The position numbers and the translations under genes were made by a program. Below are positions 56,763 to 64,000 of a stretch of 64,000 nucleotides of DNA, piece by piece; the stretch's first letter is position 1, and the number at the start of each line of letters is the position of its first letter. Origin of the DNA: Octopus sinensis. Its lineage: Eukaryota. The stretch lies in NCBI RefSeq assembly GCF_006345805.1, contig NC_043004.1, positions 99,572,001 to 99,636,000 of the forward strand, written 5' to 3'. Under the pieces are notes generated by a model that worked only from the letters and a program-made list of their open reading frames with translations, was not told the origin of the DNA and searched no databases.

Positions 56763-57077
56763 ATATAAAATAGTAAAGAGTGAAAAAACTACAGAAGACT
56801 TGTTTTAAAAGTTTAAAGAATATATTAAATCGTTATGTTAGAAAAATGTTAACGAAGACATGACACGATGTAGGTAAATAAATTTGAGAAATTTGAAAAG
56901 CTTACACGAAACCGGTTATTTCTCCAAAAACTAGTTTACTATTTTATAACATTTTTCTAACATAACGACTTAAATATATTCTTTAACCTTTTAAAACAAG
57001 TCTTCTGTAGTTTTTTCACTCTTTTCTATTTTTTATACATCCAACCGCGTGCTTTCACACACCAACTTTCTCACCTG
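56763..57077. mobile_element. Fold-back element (~88-bp arms) with a hammerhead in the spacer
   Basis: 56763-56850 is the reverse complement of ~56948-57035, followed by a short unpaired tail. TA-rich repeats on both sides. Confidence 0.8.
56886..56924 (+). ncRNA. Minimal type I hammerhead, U3-A8 core
   Basis: gagaaat-TTGAAAA-G cttaca C-GAAAC-CG-GTT-atttctc. 7-bp stem I, 1-bp stem II, palindromic ACCGGT. Confidence 0.75.
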
Positions 57078-57714
57078 TATATATATATATATATATATAT
57101 ATACTTTAAATTACTTAAAATATCTTACATGCAACCTCTTGTTGCAAATTTCCCAAAGAAACAGACGTAGAGAGAACTTTCGTGTAAAAATGACCACTGC
57201 AATATAACAGCAATTTGTCTCTTACACAAATCTGCAATACTTTCAACTGAACTCCCTTGACTCTGGATTCCGTAACGAATATGGCTATAAAGGGAAAGCT
57301 GGCAGTGGCGATTTCTCTGTTCGGATTCTCAGAAGTCATTGGGACATATACCACTTCATGCTAGTATTCCCAAGTGAACAAGAAATCAGAACCAATAATT
57401 TTCGGAAGATTCTCGAAGAATCATTCAGGATGCCAAGACGAAACAATTAAGAAGTAAATTCATAGGCAACTTAAATGTATCGCCTGAAAATATAGCTGGA
57501 TGTGATTATACGAAGACCAAATATGCAACTAAATATACACTATTATATCTGTCTATATTATGCACTTATACGTGCGCGTGTATGTGCGAGTGTTTGTATA
57601 ATTTGTGTGTGTGCGTGTGTTTGTGTGTGTGTGTTTATGTGTGTGTGTGCTTGGGCAAAAAATAATATATGCGGACGCAAATCACGGTAGATATTGGTGT
57701 CGGATTGTAGCACA

Positions 57715-57895
57715 ATGTCAACAATTTCGGGGGAGGAGCTAAGCCAATTACATCGAAGCCAGTGCTCAACTGGTACTTATTTTATCGACACTGAAAGGAT
57801 GAAAGGCAAGGTCGACCTCGGTGGAATTCGAACTGAGAAAATAAAGACGGACGAAATGCCACGAAGCTAGCGATTGTGCCTCCTTCTCACCGCCT
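57715..57895 (-). mobile_element. SINE family 1, old copy
   Basis: actggtacttattttatcgac..gaaaggatgaaaggcaaggtcgacctcgg. Confidence 0.75.
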
Positions 57896-58264
57896 TATTC
57901 TCGGTAGATATTGAAATTTATTCAGTCTCTATGTCAACCCATATACAATTCGCATGTATCAGAAAGCTTAACAATACTTTAAATGTGAACTGGACCAGTT
58001 CAACGGAAATATTACACAGAATAGAGAAATTAGAAAGTGTGAGAGTACTAGTTTCTGCCGCAAACATTACTTATAAATGGTAGAATTGGATAAAAATGAA
58101 TGCAAGAGCATTGAAATATATCAAATCTATTAGTAAAACCGAATGCCATCAAAATTTCATTAAAATTTTCAATGGCTGCGAAGATGTATGTATCTCGAAA
58201 CTAGTTAACTATCTACCCAGCTGTCAACAGAAATATATGTACTTTTATCCATACATACCTATGC

Positions 58265-58395
<131 letters not shown>

Positions 58396-59350
58396 TATAT
58401 TATATACACACACACTCAGAAAGATATTTCTACAGACATATAGACACACGTAAACTCGCGCGCACACACAGACATACACACATACATACATACATAAATA
58501 CCTACATACATACATAAGGTGTTTGTGTGTATGTGTGTGCGCGTATGTGTGTGTGCGTGCGTGCGTGTGTGTGTGTGCTAAGATAAATTAAGTCTATTAC
58601 ATTTACATAAAAACCTTATCCTAATCCGATTAATTTTCTGTAGCTAGGTGTACAATATCTTCCACTTAATAAACGTACACTTTTTGTTTATTCAATTAAT
58701 TAACTAATTTGTTTTTATTCCTTCTTATTTCATTATATCTTGCGCTTACTTCCATCCATGTGTACACAAAAAAAATTATACACACATACAAACACATATG
58801 CATATATATAATATATAATTTAATTAATATCTACTTCAACATCCAAATACATACTATCTAAACATGACATAATACGTTCTCCTTTATGTGTTATATACGT
58901 AAACCAGTATAGAACACTTATCTCAATTTCTTCGATTATATAAAAATACAGCATCAGTATGGAACCCATCAATCACGAAAAAATATAAGCGTTGATGATG
59001 TAATTATCTTTCTTCAATATACGAAGAAAATTAATGTCATAACATTCATCAAAAACTGTAAATCTATCCGCGAAACAAAAATTTCTATGCTCCTTTGCAG
59101 ATATTTTATCACAGCGAATTGTTACAACAAAAAGTATGTATAATGGTAAGAAAATTTCACTCATTTAACTAATGTTTATCTTTAAAGACGTGTTTGAAGT
59201 ATTAAAATGAGTCTAGCCTAATTGAATTCAGTCACATATACATTTATAATGAACGGTACTAAAAAAATTCTTTTAGCTTTTCTCAAAATATTTTCAAAGC
59301 ATTGGAAGACAAAATTAATTTTTAGAAATACAGCGTGTAGGTATATATAC

Positions 59351-59382
<32 letters not shown>

Positions 59383-59739
59383 CAATGAACTACTTGTAAA
59401 TATTGATCCGTATGTTTGGGATGTAGTGTAGAGTATGTAAATGCACTACACTACACAGAACAGCATTTAAAGTTACGTGAGTTATTGATGGTTATGATAG
59501 GATTTTCCGCCTCTCCTCCGCGCTGCCGTGCGTCGCCTGCATCTGGCCGAGAGCTCCGTGCTCTCGTGCTCGCGATCGTCGGTAAAGCACGAAAGCGCGT
59601 CGATGTAGAAAGGATACGTATTATGCATTATGTGTGGGTAAATAATGCACTGCTAATTATGCAGAATGACCCAAACATTAAATCGAGTGGTAAAGCATTA
59701 CCACAGAATGATACCATTAGACTGCTCTGAAATAAGAAT

Positions 59740-60041
59740 GGATTCAAGTACCTAGGGGCACAGTAGAAAGGTAAGGTAAGGGAAGAGAAACGAGAGAAAA
59801 TTTTCTAATGGGATACAAGCAATGAACTGGGCAGATGCCCGAGGAAAATATAAAACTAAAGTAAGGAGGTATTATCGAATCAATGAATACATGGTGATTC
59901 CAATATTAAGTTGCTCGGCTTCTTTTTCTAAAATGGTTAAAAGGTGAACCACAGTAATTAGATAGAAAAACCAGAACGTTCCTCTCAATGCACAAGGTGC
60001 ACTATCCTAATAGTAAAGTCGACAACCTCTGCTTACAGAGC

Positions 60042-60072
<31 letters not shown>

Positions 60073-61040
60073 GAGCCAGGATAATGCTCAATGCAGAATA
60101 CGCCTTTTGTACTGTAATATTAAGTTTGGAAAACTATTTTGTGCGTAGTCTTATCTACGACTAGAAATATACAAAAGCATTCTGAAAGTGTGGAAAATTC
60201 AAGAACAGAATGGGAAACAAGAAGTCAAATAACTAGAGAGTGAATGAATTAAGTGGCCATTTCCCGCAAAAGCAAAATTGACGACATTGGAAGCTGGTCG
60301 TGGTGCACAGGTGGTGCATTAGAATGATTTAGTTAAGGGCAAAAACTTGATAAAACTAAGAGAGGAAATTCTCTAAGAAAAGCGATGCATTAACTCTCAA
60401 CTAACTGAATGCAGTATGCTAACACATAAAGAGTATAAATGCAGGCGGACTGTGTCTTTAAAAAATGCATTCAGATGATAGCAGAATGCATGTATTTAGA
60501 GTGGTAAGAGTACGAATATGACACTATGTTAGTGGATAATAATTACAGTGTGTTATTTGATTTCTCCATAAAGAGTGGGGACAGCTTTGAAGCGAGGACA
60601 CCACATATGATGGTAGGGAAGACGAAAAAACGGTATAAAACTATAGACTTTGCAATTTCATATCATAATACAGTGGATGCCTAATAAATTGAGATGAAAA
60701 GATTGTGGAGGACAACGTGATCATTGTTCCTGTGGTATTCTGTGCACAGGCGAGCTGGCAGAAACGTTAGCACGCCGGGCGAAATGCGTAGCCGTATTTC
60801 GTTTGCCGTTAAGTTCTGAGTTCAAATTCCGCCGAGGTTGACTTTGCCTTTCATCCTTTCGGGGTCGATAAATTAAGTACCAGTTACGCACTGGGATCGA
60901 TATAATCGACTTAATACCTATGTCTGTCCTTGTTTGTCCCCTCTATGCTTAGCCTCTTGTGGGTAATAATGAAATAGGTATTCTGTGTACTTGTAACGAA
61001 CCACAAGCTGCTACGTAAGAGACTAAAGAATTTTGGAGAA
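59740..61040 (+). mobile_element. Highly decayed R4/Dong-like RT-RLE relic
   Basis: Ordered fragments GFKYLG, NGIQAMN, MHKVHYPNSKVDNL, ECSMLTHKEYK, LFDFSIK, TIDFAISY, IEMKRLW and IIVPVVF, collinear with 50590-51460 where they overlap. Confidence 0.65.
60748..60976 (+). mobile_element. SINE family 1 nested in the RLE relic
   Basis: 14-bp TSD ggtattctgtg(c/t)ac at 60734-60747 and 60977-60990. Confidence 0.9.
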
Positions 61041-61419
61041 GAAATAGGGGAAGGAGAAAGATGATAATATAAATGATAATATTAACAAAATCATTCTTGT
61101 CCTCATATTCATCGTAATCATCATAAACGTGAGCTTCTTAATCATCATACACCTAATTATCACAATCATAATCAACCTATATCATTACTGCCGTCAATAT
61201 CACCAACCTCAACCACATGACCATTGTGATCATTATAACCGTCATTGCTATTTCCATGATTATCACCACAACCACAACTGCTATCCCTTCGGCAACTCCG
61301 TTGTTACTACCAAAATTTGACACCACTGTCGTCACCCTCTTCTCCATCATTCATCTTTGGTGTAATATTCAATATCGTTGTTGATGTAATTATCTTGACC
61401 ACCAACATTATGAACTGCA

Positions 61420-61600
<181 letters not shown>

Positions 61601-62460
61601 CTAACATTCCGATCATGTTAATCAGCATAATCAACATCATTATGAAATTAAGTAACATACGCGTCACTACTAATAGCGCTTACGCAAGCACCGCCATTTC
61701 GATCTCCACCACCGCCCGCCATAAACACTATCATCACCAAGTGCATTATCAACACCTCGACCACATCACCATCGCAAATACCAACAGAATTATGTCTCCA
61801 CCTTGAGGTGACGCATAATTCGTTTAATAAATTCCGCCAAAATGTGTTATACTGTTTTTATTAGCAACGTAATGTCTCACACGTTGTTTTCACAAATTGG
61901 TACTTATTGCGGTAGCAATTAGGACCACATAGTGGCATAGAAGTTAAGACGCTAATCTATTTGCAATGAAATCTTAGGAAATTTAACCCTTCACAATAGC
62001 TCTATTCACCACATGTTACCTTATTTCATTGAGCGATTCAATTGAGTTCATTGTCACTGTCATCGTCATTGTTTCGATAATACAATGAAAAGTGGACTGC
62101 AGCTAAGCTTCGAGGTAGAATTTATACGAAATCAAACTACAGAAATAGAATACAATGATACATTTAAAATAACATGGTTAATACAGTGTTAATTCAATAG
62201 CAATTTCAAACATAAACAAAAACCACTGCCTTTTGTTGGGGTGGGTAAAATCGATTAAATCAACCCCTGCTGTTTTACTGGTAGCTTATTCATCGATTAC
62301 GAGGTGACGAAATGTTATGATCACGTGTAAAGTATTTGAAGCCACAGTAGAAAGAGATTAAATTTTAAAACATATGGCATTTTGGCTGACAATCTTACGA
62401 TTCTATAGTATATTTACTTTGATAATAAATATGGAGATCATTATCAGATAATGATATAAA

Positions 62461-62612
62461 GGCAGTGAACTGGCAGAATCATTTGCTGTATTTCGCCCGT
62501 TGCTATGGTATGAGTTCAAATTCCGCCGAGGTCGACTTTGCTTTTTATCTTTTGGAGGTCGATGAATTAAGCTCCAGTCAAGTACTAGAATCGATGCAAT
62601 AGACTATTCCCT
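62461..62612 (+). mobile_element. SINE family 1
   Basis: ctggcagaatc...gagttcaaattccgccgaggtcgactttgc. Confidence 0.8.
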
Positions 62613-62622
62613 CCTTGTGTTT

Positions 62623-62889
62623 TTTTTTCTTTAATAAAGGTGCCCTTTTAAAGCCTAGCAAAGCTCATGGGCCCGGTTTCTATGGCGTATGTGTTCCCAA
62701 GCTGGACGGGACGCCAGTCCATCGCAGCGTTACTCATTTTTTCCAGATGAGGGGACTGGAGCAACGTGAATTGAAGTGTTTTGCTCAAGAAAACAACGCG
62801 TAGCCCGGTCCAGGAATCGAAACCACAATCTTACAATTATGATGCTGACACCCTAACCACTAAGCACTAAGACACGCCCCCCCCCCCAC
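62623..62889 (-). mobile_element. tRNA-derived SINE nested in the tail of the preceding SINE
   Basis: Minus-strand head tagtggttaggg...ggtttcgattcctggaccggg. TSD ccttgtgttt at 62613-62622 and 62890-62899. Confidence 0.8.
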
Positions 62890-64000
62890 CCTTGTGTTTA
62901 TAGTAAAATATAATGATATATTGGTAACAAGCGAAATCTTGAATGTAGATTCATAAGTTAATGAATATCAAAATGATATCAAAAATTATCCTTTTTTCAT
63001 CTATCCTGCAGAAAAGGATGATAGACATATTGGCCTCAGATTTGTGTATCATTAGTTGGAAAAAATGTATATATTGTTAACACATGGAGTTGAATTTAAA
63101 TCATGGGGAACGGTTGTTTCTACTCTATTGACCATAGTACAGGATTGATTTTCCACGTTACGGGCCTCAGAGAGGGGTAAGCTTTGAACGCAATTCGTAA
63201 ACAGCAATAAACTATAAGTCACTGTTACGAGTTCTATGATTTTATCGCACATATTCCATGCATACACTCAAGGTAAAAAAAATAATAACAATGTTGAAGT
63301 TGATTGTATAAGCCCTCATTATTTGACTAATACTTTATTTTAAGGACCCAGAACGGTGAAGCTCAATTTTAACTTCGACGCTATTTGAACTCGGGAAGTA
63401 AACGAATGCACTAAATAACACGGAACAAGTTGACCGATGTTCTACCATTTCTGCTACTCTAACTCTCTTAAATAATTACGATGATAAAACTAATGATGAT
63501 TTCTGAGTTATCTGAATAATAAAAATAATAATGATAATGATAATAGCCAAAGCACGAAGAACATACTCAACTACAAAGGATTAAAAATAAAAGAAACCAG
63601 TAAGTGCAAAACAAGACGAAATACTATAACAATATTGAAAGAAAAGGAGTAAAAATAATTTTTTAAAAGAACAACAACAACACAAACCAAGGCACACACA
63701 AATTACGATACATCATTGCCAGGCATTGCTATGGCAGGTTCCATTCATAAAATGCATTCTTGATTAATTGCCGATGATTTAGAGGATAACATCTAATTAT
63801 CTAAGTACGCGTTCTGTTCTCTGTCCATATTCTTTGAGTTCGTTTTCTCACAACATCTTTGAATTAGTTTTGAAGAACGTCTCCGGTCTCTCCTTTGTGT
63901 GTTTTTAGTTTTTCGTTTTCGTTTAAGGAATCATCTAACGGCATTCACGAATAATGGAGTTATTCATTATCATTCATTCATTCATTTATTTTTATATTTT

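Overview
AT-rich, repeat-dense animal DNA with no intact protein-coding gene that I can support. Almost all ORF-track entries are microsatellite translations. The repeat families resemble those of coleoid cephalopods (Octopus-like); this is an inference. The window holds (TA)n, (CA)n, (AAT)n, (GAT)n and (GATA)n arrays, three tRNA-derived SINE families, CR1-like and R4/Dong-like LINE relics, a DD34D mariner, a maT-like relic, two non-autonomous Helitrons and MITEs. The main signal is at least 14 type I hammerhead ribozyme motifs, mostly minimal, of several sequence types on both strands. They sit in short non-coding units embedded in (TA)n tracts. Some units are fold-backs with a hammerhead on each strand (43928-44254, 44370-45306). 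One shows a 458-nt unit with 51-nt terminal redundancy and an internal cleavage site, as expected for reverse transcription of a small circular or tandem RNA (Penelope-like or retrozyme system). All structures were read by eye; no folding, database search or activity test was run.
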